From the NCBI RefSeq assembly GCF_035594765.1, contig NC_085843.1, positions 193,665,971 through 193,729,970 of the forward strand: DNA of 64,000 nucleotides. Direction: 5' to 3'. This document shows positions 24,478 to 37,806 of the stretch, one piece after another; within the stretch, counting starts at the first letter, position 1; each line of letters starts with the position of its first letter. The notes beneath the pieces are model-generated. The model was not told the origin of the DNA and did not search any database. It saw only the letters and a program-made list of their open reading frames with translations. The position numbers and the translations under genes are program-made. The DNA comes from Anolis carolinensis (Eukaryota).

Positions 24478-25568
24478 ATTTAAAGAAGTGGGAGCTCACA
24501 TTTCTAAGGGGCTGTCTGGATGGGCCCCCAGTACCTATGAGGATGAAAAGATCTTCATATTGTCATAGCTTGAGCTTGATTTGATCTCATTGCAACAGTT
24601 AGATAAATGTGCAGATTTTTAAAATCTGAGGTCTGAAACACAACTTTGTAATGTGAACAGTTTAAGTAGTTTAAATAAGATATCAAGAAAATGCTTATAC
24701 CATAGTGTTAATTCAGAACCACTGAATTAGTGAGATTCGTATAATGGTTGACTTACTATTCATCAGTCAATTTAATAGATCTATTCTGGTTGGGACAATT
24801 GGATTTAGGTCCTCTGTTGTCCATTTCCATCTTTATAGTGCACAATTATATGGAGATTATTTTGAATGCTTCTCTCTGGAACTCTAGCCACTGCAGTTTT
24901 CCAGGCTGGTTTCTAGGCAGAGCTAAAAATAAACATCTTTGACTCTTGCTATTAGTAGAATTTAGTGTGCAGTAACTACTTGATTATGATCCTGGCCAGA
25001 GTTTTGAAAAGTTATTTTGAACCAGTGCTCATGCTAGCTGGAGATATTGGGAATCCCAATAAAAAAAAAACTTTTCCCATGTTCTTCTACTTAGAAAATG
25101 AAGAGATTGTAATCTCTGCTTTGCAGGCAACTTGACTAAAACATTTAGTTTGAAGATTTCTTAGAAATGTTATTGCTCGTCTGTTCTGTACTTGATAGCA
25201 TAGAGCAGCAATAGGAAACTCAATTCTGCTGACATTGGCAGACTCTAGCCCTCACCATCATTGGATACCTTGGCTCAGAAAGATAAGTACTCCAGACCAA
25301 CACTGGGGCCATGGCTTTCTATGTTCTGCCACAGTATGAAATTATTAACATGAATAACGTTATATACAAACACCAGGAAGAGTTTGCAGAGCTCTCACTA
25401 CTACTCATGAGTAGTACAACTTATCCAACCAATACAATTCATTACATTGAAAGAATATAATATAAAACACTTTACTTAGATCATTATAGATGTTTACTTC
25501 ATGTTGAATTAAACTAAGGTCAATCTTGTAGTTAAAAGCAGTTGCCTTAAAACATGTGAAAGACTCAC

Positions 25569-25586
25569 CATCCCCTACAGTTCCAG
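25569..25586 (-). CDS. Micro-exon, 18 nt, (T)GTVGD
   Basis: ttttcttctag acceptor, GTGAGT donor. Confidence 0.8.
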
Positions 25587-26389
25587 CTAGAAGAAAATGT
25601 AAAAAGGTGATGGTTAATATCTATAATCCATGTTTATACAAAAGAATTCTTTATTTCATCAACCTTAAAAGCTTTCAAGACACAGATTCTTCTAGAGCAG
25701 AAGTAAGCAACATCCATTTGGTGAAAGAGCTTGGCATGTCCTTTGCTACATCTGGAGGGGGATATTCACCACTCTCCATGTCTCCAAAACTAAGACCTGC
25801 AGCCAGTTTGCACGAACCATAGAGAAAATCACAATGTCATTACATTTTCTTACTTATAGTCCTAGCACAACAGAGTTGCATGGGAGGACTTAAGGGATTC
25901 ATAAAGATCTGGCTGGCTGGCTGGCTGACTGGCTGTGTGACTTGTGTGAAAGTAGCCATGGCTGCAACAGAAAGTTCTTTTGCAGCCGAAAAAAATGGCA
26001 GCAGAACCCATGCCGTTACGGGTATCCGGACCAGCTGGACCAGCCGAATACCTTTTTTGAAAACAAATCAATGCACAACTCTATCCTCTCTACGAGTATT
26101 TTAGATCCTCCAATGCAACTGTATGGTAACTTCAGGGGATGTATATCATAGGCTATCCCTCTCTCTCTCTTTGCTTCCCAGAGTATATAAAGTCTAAGTA
26201 AGCTCCTACACTTTCTCGTATCTTCTTTCATATCCATCTAGAGTTGTCTTACACAATGTCCCTTTCTGTGTCTGAAGCTTTTTGTTGTATTTCAGCAGAT
26301 GAGAAAGCCTTCAGCTTTTTGTACATTGGAAAATAGATAAATGTATACAAGAAGAGAGGACGAATTCATAAATAAAAATATATACTTAC

Positions 26390-26407
26390 TTGGTTTATAG
26401 ATTTCAT
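26390..26407 (-). CDS. Micro-exon, 18 nt, (D)EIYKP
   Basis: ttcttaacag acceptor, GTAAGT donor. Confidence 0.8.
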
Positions 26408-26954
26408 CTGTTAAGAAAGAAACAACAATAGCAAAAGGTAAGAATATGGCAACTATAATGGACTATTATTCTATATCTTTTTGTTTTTCTGATACACTCT
26501 ATTTTTTGAGAGACATATGGCCAATTGATATCAAACTATAGTTAACATGACAAAGCTTGTTCATTAGGAAGAATATACAAGCTAAAATTTTGAGGTCACT
26601 TGCTTTTGCCTGAGCCTACTGTGGGTGTAGTAAAATTCCATTCCACCTGACAGAATTCACTGAGTGTAAATTACTATTGCATTTTGAACTCACTTTGCAG
26701 CAATGGATGCAACTAAGGTTGAAAGCCAAGGAAGCGAGACAAACTGGGCCTTTTTAAAGAGCTGAAAAAGTGAGATGGCAGAGGATGAGTCAAGACAGTC
26801 ATTACAAAATTAGCCAACTTTACTAAGTTGTAATTGTTCTGTGTGTCTTGAACACCTCGAGTCAATGCAACTAGCATTTTAGGAAGAGTACTGTGGGGAA
26901 ATGTTTTGGAAAACCCTTGAATATTGAAGAGAGAGGTTGGAGTGTCACAATTGT

Positions 26955-26955
<1 letters not shown>

Positions 26956-27011
<56 letters not shown>

Positions 27012-27065
27012 TTTATTTATACCTCGCCACCATCTCCCCACGGGGACTCAGGGTGGCTTACAACG
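26956..27065 (-). mobile_element. L2-type 3' end with (AAT)n tail
   Basis: (AAT)n at 26956-27011 followed by cctcgccaccatctccccacggggactcagggtggctta. Confidence 0.6.
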
Positions 27066-28560
27066 AGAATATGACAACAACATAGCATACAATACACACG
27101 ATCCACTAAAACAATGAGATTTAAAAACAATGCAATATAAGATAAAAACAACATAATAGTTACTTTAAAAACCATTCTCCAAAAAAACCTTTAGGGTTAA
27201 ATCTTCTATAAGAATTATTTTGCTGAATTTGTTCCACAGTCAGAACTAATGAGAAAGGTATGGCTTTGTTGTGTGTGGGGATACAATTTTCAATTAGTAG
27301 GTTTGGCCCCTGTCCACTCACTTGGCTACTTGGCTGCTATGCACTCACTTGGCTTATCTATCATATTTTGAGTTAATTAATTGTATGGTGCAAAACGTTT
27401 ACTTTTTACACACCTAGGTGATAGGACACTTGAGTAAAACAAAGTTGTTAATTAATTGAGATGGCTATACAAACTCTGGCAATTCAGCGTAAAGCTAACC
27501 TCACTACAGGCTGATACTGGGAAAGTGCTGCAAATTGATCACTTCAAAGGATTCCCAACAACTGGCTTAGGAAAGGACATTTGTTAGGTATGTACTTCTC
27601 TCTTTGATGCTTTTGCCTTCTAATTAATAAAATCTTGTATTCTTAACCAATCGCGTGCTCATTACCTTTGAATCCAAAAGGAACCTTTGGTAAATGTAAA
27701 ATTGTACTTGTGTCAAGCAATTCCCAATACATCTCAAGTCAGACGCACAACTTTGATAATTCTCCACTCAAGACTTATGCTGCAAAACAACTTCCTTGGC
27801 AACATGAAGGAAATCTTATTCCATGATAGGTGACATATATTCATTTTCCTTCCTCACAATAGTTTGATCCATTGTAATCACCGAATATGTCAGATCATGG
27901 GAGGAGTTCTCACAGGAACTCTGCTCTTCTTCCTTGGGAATTGGCAGACTTACTGTAGAAACTTTCCATAAGAATCTCAAATAAGTACCAAAATGGCATG
28001 GGAATGAACTACTGGGTCAAGGCATGGGTCAACTACCATAATGCTAAGAGCTGGCCCATGTGTAAGCAAAAACATGTCAATCAGTTATATGATCTTTTTG
28101 GCTTTTTCTGTTTTTCCTTTCTGGCCTTCCTGTAATTACATGATTCACCCTGAACAAAAAACAAACTATGTCAGTATATGCAAAGATTGCAGAATAATAC
28201 AAGAATGGATACAAGCTCTTGCCAAGGTGATCCAGATGTTTGGACAAACCTAAGTTAGTAGCTGGATTACCTTTGTCCTTCTGTCAAATCACAGGAAAAT
28301 TTTACTACACATCTCAAGGGAGGAGGTATGATGATTTGGTTGTGTAATGAAGAGAAAGAAGAACTAAATATATTCTCAAATTGAGTCATGCAGCTCCTGA
28401 TATCCTAGTGTCCACTCCATATTGTCAGTGGTCATGTTATTTGAGAGATTATGGGAATGATTGTCCAGAACGCAGCTTTGTCAGGGCTTTGCAGAAAGTT
28501 ACTCAATCACAGATAAGGTAACCTCTTTATCAATGGACAATGAATCCCCTCTGACTTTTA

Positions 28561-28710
28561 GGGCCCTTCCACACAGCCATATAACCCAGAACACCAAGGC
28601 AGAAAATCCCACAATATATGCTTTGAACTAGGTTATCTGAGTCCACGCTGCCACATATTCCAGTTCAAAGCAGAAAATGTGGAAATTTATTCAGCTGTGT
28701 GGAAGGGGCC
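28561..28710. mobile_element. PIF/Harbinger MITE
   Basis: GGGCCCTTCCACACAGC...GCTGTGTGGAAGGGGCC TIRs; TTA TSD; empty site at paralog near 12810. Confidence 0.85.
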
Positions 28711-28924
28711 TTAGTCAGACATTTAAAGGAGCTATTCAGGATCGTAAACTTGTTCATAGGTATAGTTCATAAACTTTTAAAGCTCCATTAAAGTTTATAC
28801 CAAGAGTTAGAAGAGATTCACTGCCCAATGAGATAGAAGTCATGGTAAGTCGTCTCCACCTGGTCAGTGATCACCTGGCTGGCTCCATCCACAGATGAGA
28901 AGCATTTCAAGAATCTGTTCATAC

Positions 28925-29236
28925 CTTGGCAGAGAATAGTGGCATCCTGTTGATGAGTGCAACTATGGACTCCCCATCCACGGTTCTTGCAGTCCCACAG
29001 GAAGGCTTCATCTCCCTGACACTGAACACCATCTAGAAGGATTCGGCCTGACCCCTGACCAAACCGAGGCCAAGGAACGACTTGGAGAGCATCTCCGCAG
29101 CCAAGCTGCCTACAGACAACCTGGGCGTTCTTGATGTCCCAGTTGTTGCCACAAACTGTCCCCCAGGCGCCTTCATAATAAACTTCAACACGTCCCTCGC
29201 AGTAGTTGTAAGTGCCTTCTAGCCTCAGGGACAGTC
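28925..29236 (-). CDS. Group B SRCR domain exon (type II, unit 2)
   Basis: 312 nt, tttgcag acceptor and GTATGA donor; GLSLRLEGTYNYCEGRVEVYYEGAWGTVC...DATILCQ. Confidence 0.94.
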
Positions 29237-29440
29237 CTGCAAAAGAGCAAAGTAAATGGATCAATGTGGCATTATGTTGGGTAAAATCAAAAGTGGGTCT
29301 CAGAAGTTGCTAAGTCTTTAAAGAACAAACTTTCCTTGTAAGTTACTTCAAGCAGTTGACTAAGGTAGGTTTCACTTGATTCAATGGGATTTACTTTTAT
29401 CTAGTTATCAATATATGCCCAGTATGATAGTAAAACCTAC

Positions 29441-29473
29441 CTGGTGTTGTAGGTGCCACTGTGGTTGATGATG
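29441..29473 (-). CDS. Ser/Thr-rich micro-exon, 33 nt, SSTTVAPTTP
   Basis: accag acceptor, GTAGGT donor, phase 1-1. Confidence 0.75.
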
Positions 29474-29586
29474 CTGGTGCCATAGTGGAATGATAATTAA
29501 AAGCAAAACAAAGTTAATATTGAGTTCAGGATTATCCAAACACATTTAATACAAAGATCTTCTAACTCAGAATGGATCATGAATTA

Positions 29587-29958
29587 CTGTATATACACGA
29601 GTATAAGCCTAGTTTTTCACGGCTGAAAAAAGCTCCCCTTGGCTTATACTTGAGTGAGGGTCCTGACCGGCTTCTATTCAGGTCAGCTTATACTTGAGTA
29701 TATAGGTGTTCAGAGTTGGACAGTCTTATTAAAGTATTATTATCTTAAATTACAGTTTTATATGAATATTCAAAAACATTTAACCTACTGATGCCTCGAA
29801 TAATGCAATTTTATTAATATCTATTTTTATTTTTGAATTTTAGCTGCTGCATTTCCCACCCTCGTCTTATACTTGAGTCAATAAGTTTTCCGGGTTTTTG
29901 TGGTAAAATTAGGTGCCTCGGCTTATATTCGGGTTGGCTTATACTCGAGTATATATGG
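29587..29958. mobile_element. Tc1/mariner-type MITE
   Basis: CTGTATATACACGAGTATAAGCC...GGCTTATACTCGAGTATATATGG; TA flanks. Confidence 0.8.
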
Positions 29959-30043
29959 TACATTAAACACAAAGGTATACTTTAAAAAATGTTAAATGAC
30001 ATATTTCTCTGATGTCATTTTGAGAGGGGTTCCAGAGGCAAAA

Positions 30044-30172
30044 NNNNNNNNNNNNNNNNNNNNNNNNNNNNNNNNNNNNNNNNNNNNNNNNNNNNNNNNN
30101 NNNNNNNNNNNNNNNNNNNNNNNNNNNNNNNNNNNNNNNNNNNNNNNNNNNNNNNNNNNNNNNNNNNNNNNN
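30044..30172. other. Assembly gap (129 N)
   Basis: Run of n. Confidence 1.
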
Positions 30173-30590
30173 AGTCTGGGGCTCATCACACAGTTGTCAT
30201 CCACTAGTGTATAAGGTTGGGGATTTGCTCATAAATTAACACAATTTATAATATCATCCAATACATCTGTGTTCAAAGGTTATGTCCCATAAACACCCAA
30301 AGGCTAACTTCAATGCAAGATGATACGGGATTGTAGGGTTAGTTTTGCACCATTGTTTGGATAACACACAAAGGAGTATCCATGGGCAAATTGATTTAAA
30401 TTGGTATTTCTTCTTACAGATTTAAATAATTGGTTTAATTATTTTGCTTTGTTTTTAATCAGTTCAAATGCAAAATATGATATTCAGTTTCATCTTTTGT
30501 CTCAAATTCCAAAGTAGAAAAATATATCTGTATTAGAAACGGAAGCAATTGGAATCTGCTCTTCAATTTGTAAATATAATTTTTAAAATA

Positions 30591-30912
30591 CAGTAGAGTC
30601 TCACTTATCCAACATTCACTTATCCAACTTTCTGGATTATCCAACACATTTTTGTAGTCAATGTTTTCAATACATTGTGATATTTTGGTGCTAAATTCGT
30701 AAATACAGTAATTACTACATAGCATTACTGCATATTGAACTACTTTTTCTGTCAGATTTGTTGTATAACATGATGTCTTGGTGCTAAATTTGTAAAATCA
30801 TAATCTAATTTGATTTTAATAGGCTTTTCCTTAATCCCTCCTTATTATCCAACATATTTGCTTATCCAACGTTCTGCCGGCCCGTTTATGTTGGATAAGT
30901 GAGACTCTACTG
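30591..30912. mobile_element. Tc1/mariner MITE
   Basis: TIR CAGTAGAGTCTCACTTATCCAAC; TA TSD. Confidence 0.9.
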
Positions 30913-31808
30913 TAGTTCCTCAAGAGGGAGCTAAATCTCTAACTATTAGATTTGTGAATACTTCATCAAGAGATCAGTCCCAAGTTGAGGGAATTAGTAA
31001 GGTATGTGTAACTATTACTGTCTTCTAGTCCCCACACTTCAACCTGCCTTAATGGGCAGCTGCCACCCTGAGGCTGGATCTACACTGAATTATTTCCCAG
31101 GATCTGATCCCAGATTGTCTGCTTTGGACAAGAATATGTGAGTCTAAAATGCCAGATAATCTGAGATAGGCAGATATCTGGGATCAGATCCTGGGATATA
31201 GGATAATGTAGATCCAGGTCGAAAGATGGAGATGCATTCAGCTGGTGATCTGGGCCCAGGAGGATGAGGTTTCCACGCTTCTGGCTGGCAAGTGGGGCTA
31301 CAAGGAAGAATTGCAACAGGGATCCTACTTCTGGTGGTTGCCGCTACTCTTGCTGGTGGAAGACAGCTGGAAACACTCTCCTCCTACTCCTTCAGCAGCA
31401 GCTCTTACTGTAATACACAATGCCAGCCATTTTGTTTTGTGATTTCAATTAATTTCCAACTTATATCAACCCTTAGGTGAACTTATCACATGGCTTTCTT
31501 GATTTTCCCAAGATCGCCCAGTGCTTTTCATTGGCTGAGTGGGGATTCGAACCTTATTTTCAAGAGAGGTAGTTCAATGCTCAAATTAACACCATGCTGG
31601 CTCTCTGTTGGCTCGTGGGGTCCCTCAAGGATTGTTTCTGTCCCCTCCACCATTTATCATATACATGAAACCACTGGGAGACATCCAAAGTTTTGAAGCT
31701 CAGTGCAATTTCTATGGCACTCAACTTCATGGAGATCCTCCTGGTCAGACATGAGGCAGATCAGGGAACAGGAATTCAGCACTTGCCCAGAATGTTAGTA
31801 TGACTTAC

Positions 31809-31826
31809 CTGGTGTTGTTGAAGATA
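31809..31826 (-). CDS. Ser/Thr micro-exon, 18 nt, SSTTP
   Basis: accag acceptor, GTAAGT donor, phase 1-1. Confidence 0.7.
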
Positions 31827-31904
31827 CTGGTGCCATAGAGAATGACAAATAAAAACAAAACAGGGAGTTTAAGTTCAGGATTGGCCAAGCACATTTAAAA
31901 CATC

Positions 31905-32030
31905 TCTGGATTGCTGTGAGTTTTCCAGGCTGTACAGCCATGTTCCAGAAGCATTGCGGAACATGGCCATACTGCTCAGAAACTCATAGCAGCCCAGTGA
32001 TTCCGGCCATGAAAGCCTTTGATAACACAA
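31905..32030. mobile_element. Penelope-like inverted-repeat remnant
   Basis: gctgtgagttttccaggctgtacagccatgttcc / ggaacatggccatactgctcagaaactcatagcagc inverted pair; same family as 39800-39992. Confidence 0.6.
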
Positions 32031-32511
32031 AGATCATCTCACTCAGTGTAAATAATAAACAATATTAAACACAAACACTCACACATTTTTTAAAAATCTT
32101 AAATATCAGTGTTTAAACTAATAACAAGGTAAGTGCTGTATGATCTTGATACTACCCCTTTCTAGTAAATTCCAAACTGAATTAATGCCTCTATCAGAGA
32201 CATTCCATTAAAAACCAATTCCATAGAAGAAACCATTCCATAGAAAACCAATCTGGTCCTTTCTCAAATATGCATATTTACAACCTTGAAAACAAACCGA
32301 TTTGGTCAAAAGTAATATTGATGTACTTACATCATCTAGTCTGACTCCCACAATCTATATTAAGAATGCTGAATGGTGGAAATCTGTTTTGCTCACCATG
32401 GTGGAAACGTAGGATGGCATTTCTAGTTTCCTTTTGAATTATAGGTCAATGGGGTGGGGGTGGGGGGCTGGAGAGGTCATTTTGTTGCACCATGATTGCC
32501 AGGGAAACCTA

Positions 32512-32930
32512 CCCTGTTTCCCCTAAAATAAGACATCCCCAGAAAATAAGACCTAGTAGAGGTTTTGCTAAATTGCTAAATATAAGGCCTCCCCCGAAAG
32601 TAAGATCTAGCAAAGTTTTTGTTTGGAAGCATGCACGCCAAACAGAACAACAGAGCATGCAGGATTGGTAAATGTATGTACTGTAAAGTGTTGTACATGG
32701 AAATATTGGTAGTAACAAGAAATTCTTGATAGGATTCACAGTTTGTCTGGTTATGCTGGTTTATGATGACAACTACTGTACAGTATATAATATATGTTCA
32801 TTTTTTTGTTCAACAATAAATGTGAATTCTTCTTCATGGAAAAATAAGACATCACCTGAAAATAAGACCTAGAGCATCTTTGGGAGCAAAAAATAATATA
32901 AGACACTGTCTTATTTTTGGGGAAACATGG
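32512..32930. mobile_element. Mariner/pogo-type MITE
   Basis: CCCTGTTTCCCCTAAAATAAGAC...GTCTTATTTTTGGGGAAACATGG; TA flanks. Confidence 0.8.
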
Positions 32931-33646
32931 TAGCTACTTGCTGGGAAGGTTGGGGGTCTTTTACAATGTTGGTGCTATGTTGGAACATTATACTAATTCT
33001 CTGAAGAACAAGGTTTGAATCCCCATTCAGCCAGCAGTAGTACGACAACCATGAATATGGAGCATGGCTGAATATGAGAAGATCTGGACACATGAGGATG
33101 TAGTTTCTAGCCTTTTCTCATGTCACATAAGGCTGAAAAGAGGAATTGCAAGAGCAGTCTTGCTTTGGATGGTTACAGCTTCCCTTGCTGGGGGAGGAAA
33201 GTAGAAACCTTCTCCTCCTGCTCCATGATTACAGCTCAATCTGCAATACACAATGCCAGCCATTTTGTTTTGTGCCTTCAAGTCATTTCCAACTTATGGC
33301 AACCCTCAAGTGAACTTATCATATGGTTATCTACATTTGCTCAAGGTCACCCAGTGGTTTTCATTGGCTGAGTGAGGATTCGAACCTTATTTTCAAGAGA
33401 GGTAGTTCAATGCTCAAATCACTATATCATGCTGGTGCTCTGTTGGTTTGTGGGGTCCCTCAAGGATCAGGCCTGTCCCCTCCACCATTTAGCATGTACA
33501 TGAAACCACTGGGAGACATCCAAAGTTTTGAGGTTCAACGCCATTGTTATGACACCCAACTTCATTGAGGTCCTCCAAAAGACAGGTCAAAAGACAGATC
33601 AGGGAACAGAGATTCAGCATTTGCCCAGAATGTCAGTACAACTTAC

Positions 33647-33647
33647 C

Positions 33648-33696
<49 letters not shown>

Positions 33697-33709
33697 GATG
33701 ATGATGATG
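33647..33709 (-). CDS. Micro-exon, 63 nt, made of a trinucleotide microsatellite: Ser4-Thr16
   Basis: accag|CA(TCA)4(ACA)16 G|GTAAGT; flanks homologous to the other Ser/Thr micro-exons. Confidence 0.75.
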
Positions 33710-34103
33710 CTGGTGCCATAGTAGAATGATAAATAAAAAAGCAGGGAGGTTATTAAGTTCCGAATCTGCCATACTCATTTTAAACAAAGATTATCTCACT
33801 CAGGGTGGATAATAACAATAAACACAAACATACATTTGGGTTTTAAAAAATCTTAAATATACATTTTAAAACTAATAGCAAGATAAATGTTGCACAATCA
33901 TGACTGCAGTACAGGTCTGTCCCCCACCGCATCCCCAACTATTTAAGATATCCATGAAACTGCTGGGAGACATCCAAAGTTTAACAGTTCAGTGCCATCA
34001 GTATGCGGATGACACCCTACTTCATGGAGGTCTTCTTGGTCAGACAAAAGGCAGACCACGGAGCAGAGATTCACCATATGCCCAGAATGTTAACAAGACT
34101 TAC

Positions 34104-34121
34104 TTGGTGTTGTTGATAATA
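34104..34121 (-). CDS. Ser/Thr micro-exon, 18 nt, LSTTP
   Basis: accag acceptor, GTAAGT donor, phase 1-1. Confidence 0.7.
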
Positions 34122-34899
34122 CTGGTGTCATTGTGGTATGATAAATAAACACAAAACAGGGAATTTATTATTAAGTTCAGAATCAGAGAAATACATTTTA
34201 AACAAAGATCACCTCACTCAGGGTGAACAATAAAACAAACACACATATGATTTTTTTAAAAAAAATCTTAAATATTAATTTTTAACAAACAATATAAATG
34301 TTGTACAATTTTGATATTAACCCTTTCTAGTAAACTCCAAACTGCATTAATGTCCACTAAAGCAGGCACTTTCATACAGAACCAATTTGGTCCTTTCTCA
34401 AATATGCATATTTACAACCTTCCAAACATACCAATTTGAGCAAAAAAAATGGAGCATGGCTGAATATGAGAATATCTAGACTCAAGAGGATGAGGTTTCC
34501 AGCCTCTTCTCATGGAAAGTGAGATTGCAAGGAACAATCGCCTGCTTTTGGTTATACTAACCTCCCTTGCTGGCGGAGGTTACAACAAAAAAATTATAAT
34601 AAGAGAATGCACAAAAAAGTATAGACTTACTACAAAAGAGACAAAATTTCAATTCCTGAGTATACTAAAGAAGAATTAGGGAAGTACAGGATTTATGGAC
34701 ATTTTCTTTCCCCCTGCTCCTGGATCAGTCATTCCTGTGCCGTATTGTGTTGTTGTTGTTGTGTGTGTTCATGTAATTTTGACACAAGACAACCCTAAAG
34801 CAAATCAATCATGGGATATTCTTGACTTGCCCAAGGTCACTTGCTGGGCCTCACTAGCTGAGTAGGGATTTGAACCTTGTTCTCCAGGCATTGCACCAT

Positions 34900-35800
34900 G
34901 TGGTCTCTCTGGTATCTGTGGGTTCTCAGGGGTCAGTTCTGCTGCCTATTCATGAACCTGCTGAGAATCATCCAGGGTTTTTGGGTGTGGTGTATGCAGT
35001 ATGCAGATGACACCCAATTTTTATTACTTCTTTCTATGATAAGCCAAGGAAGATGTCCTGATCCTAAAGCAGCGTTTGTCATCAGTAATTGACTGGATGA
35101 GGGTAAACAAATTGAAGCTCAATCTAAATAAGATTGAGGTCCTCCTGGTCCCTTGAATGGCAGATCAGGAAACAGGGATTAAGTTTGTGTTGGAAGGAAG
35201 TATATTCCTTTTGAATATGCAGGTTTGTAGCAGATTAGCAGTGAAAGTATGTGTGCCATGTGTGGTTGTTCCACGAAAAGTCAGATCTAGCAATAGTGAC
35301 ACATGCCTACATCCTAGCTGGATTTCTTTAACATGCTCTATGTGGGGCTACCTTTAAAGTGTGTTTGAAAATGCAACTGGCCCAAAGAGCTGCAGCCAGA
35401 TTTCTAACTGGGACTGGCTACAGGGAACACAAAGCTCCCTTGTTGCAACAACTCTGCTAGTCAATCCATTTCCAAAATGAGCTTTAAAACCCTGTACATG
35501 TCAGGACCAGGTTGTCTGAAGGGCTGTATACTCCCTTATGAATCAACCTGTGCTTTGAAATCTGCTATGTATATCATGTGGCTGACCCCCAGGCTCTAAA
35601 CTTTTTCCACAGAGAAAGTAGATTTTTTTTCTTTTGTGGACCATTGGTATTTGATATGAGATATAAGGAGTATTTATACAATGCACTGGATATTGCCAAA
35701 TATTATACTTGTGTGATTATATTTTAACTTGATTTTATGGATTATTTCATTGTGTTCTAACTTTTGCATCTTGTCGAATTTTAACAAACCTTTTTAAATT
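34900..35800 (+). mobile_element. Degenerate L2 LINE fragment
   Basis: QYADDTQ remnant (ORF 34877-35092); WMRVNKLKLN-like segment; T-rich 3' region. Confidence 0.65.
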
Positions 35801-36219
35801 GTTTTAAGTCCTTTGAATATCAATTTAGCAAAAAGCCAACTTCTTGTGAAGAGCAGTCTAGTAGGGACTATGATAGCAGACATTCTGTTGGATAGCCTTC
35901 TTGTTTTGTTTTTAATTGAATATATGTTTGAATTTTTATGGAGTTTTACCCCAGAGAAGCATGACTTTCAGTTTGTTTGGTCACATATTATTTGCAAAAT
36001 ATGAGTACATCATCCTTATTTTTTAAATATTTTCTAATATTCTTTCTCCTTCTAATGGCTACTGCCACCATAAGTTCAATCATACAAAATAGTCAGCAAC
36101 TTGGCTTGCAGGATTGATATACAATGGAAAGAGTGTATTGAACAGACAACTACAACAGAACAAAGACCCCCCTTCTGATGCCGCCCCTCAATTGTGGTGA
36201 AGCATAAATTTTAGCTTAC

Positions 36220-36249
36220 ATTGCTGCTTAGGTGTTGTCATCCCAGATT
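36220..36249 (-). CDS. Micro-exon, 30 nt, (E)SGMTTPKQQ
   Basis: tcacag acceptor, GTAAGC donor, phase 1-1. Confidence 0.8.
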
Positions 36250-36449
36250 CTGTGAATAGAAACATAAAGAGGCTCAAATACTTCCTAAATTGCTCAAATA
36301 CTTGTGACAGTGCAAAAAGAAATCAAGCTATGCTGTGCAGATGGTTCAGTGGCAAAAGCAATGTGTAGGCATGTGTCATTCTTCAATGCCTCCAGTTTAA
36401 AGAATCAGACAGCAGGTAGTGAAATAGACCTTTGCCTGATGCTCCACAA

Positions 36450-36840
36450 CAGAGGTTCTCAAAGTGTGCTCCAGGGAGCCCTTGAGGCTATGCGAAGCAT
36501 ACTGAGAGGCTCTGTGGTTTCCTCCTCCCTCCCCTTCCTCCCACACCCTCAAAAGCCTTTTTTCCCTGCCTTCCTTGTTGCCCAGATCCTTTCCCTCTGG
36601 TCTTCCTTGCTTCTAAAACCCTATTTCCCTCCCATCGCCCAGGAGCTGTTTTGATTGTGCTTTTCCTGCATGGCAGAAGGAGGTTTGACTGGATGGGCCC
36701 TGGGGTCTTCCATTGGTTAAACAGTTTGCCCATGCCTTATATATATACATTATATATAATATATAAACATTTCTTGGGGCTCCACAAGAAATGTTTGCTT
36801 CAAAAAGGGCTCTGTGGCTCAAAACGTTTGAGAACCCCTG
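36450..36840. mobile_element. hAT non-autonomous element
   Basis: CAGAGGTTCTCAAA...TTTGAGAACCCCTG; TSD ctccacaa/ctccacag. Confidence 0.8.
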
Positions 36841-37267
36841 CTCCACAGAATTCTTCCCTTGCATAATAATGGATTAATGGTCTAACCTGATAGAAGGCAA
36901 ACTAATAGTCTAAAATGACCCTTTCATGCAGCTCAGTCTTGCACTAAAATAAATGAAAGCCTATCTGTTGAATTTCTGTGGTGAGGCAAATTAAGGCAGT
37001 TATTAATTTATTATTATATTTAATCCTCTTGCTAATGTCAACGTACGTTGACTGTGATTCAATGTGTGCATTCACTGAAACATAGAACACTTCCAAGGAA
37101 GTGCTTTAATCCAAATGAAATTAAACCTTGCCCATTAAGAGCTATTAACTTCAAAACATGTAGCACCCAGAACTATTTGTGAGAAAATCAGGAAGGGTTT
37201 GGTTTTGTTCACAGTTAAGGTTCACATTGTTTTCAAAAATAGCATATGAAGTGGGAAAAAAGCCCTA

Positions 37268-37406
37268 CCGTATTTCTTCAATTCTAAGATGCACTTTTTT
37301 CTTATATAAAATGGGGTGCATATTAGAATTGCAGGCGTATTTTTGCTGGTGTTGATATTAGTGTGCATCTTACAATTGGTGGCATCTTACTATTGAAGAA
37401 ATACAG
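37268..37406. mobile_element. Short mariner-type MITE
   Basis: CCGTATTTCTTCAATTCTAAGATGC...GCATCTTACTATTGAAGAAATACAG. Confidence 0.65.
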
Positions 37407-37806
37407 TGATTCGTTTTTTAAATGGATAGAAAAGTGTATGATATTTATGAATTATGTAGCATCATAATTACATTGCTGCATCATGGACACTGGCATGGCA
37501 CTCCCACACACCCAATCCCTATTTATTAGGCAGTTACTGTTGCAATAGTTGGAGGTCTATCTCTGGTGCAATAGGCACAAACCATCTCTGGTGCAATAGG
37601 CACAAACAGTATCTCGGTCACAATTCCCCTTAACAGGGAAGATCAGTTTTTTGCAGGTGGGAAAGAATGATAGAAAGCGATTTCCTTAGAAATATGGGAA
37701 CAGATGCCTGCTGATCATGACAGCTTTTTCCAGGTAAATGCAAATTGGGAGACCTTCACAGTGCCTGTGTAGCCTAAATGCATTTATAACTGATACAGAA
37801 GTCCAC

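Noticed and set aside
30044-30172. Possible missing exon in the assembly gap
   Set aside because: Flanks align with exon-free intron near 15690-16230 of unit 1
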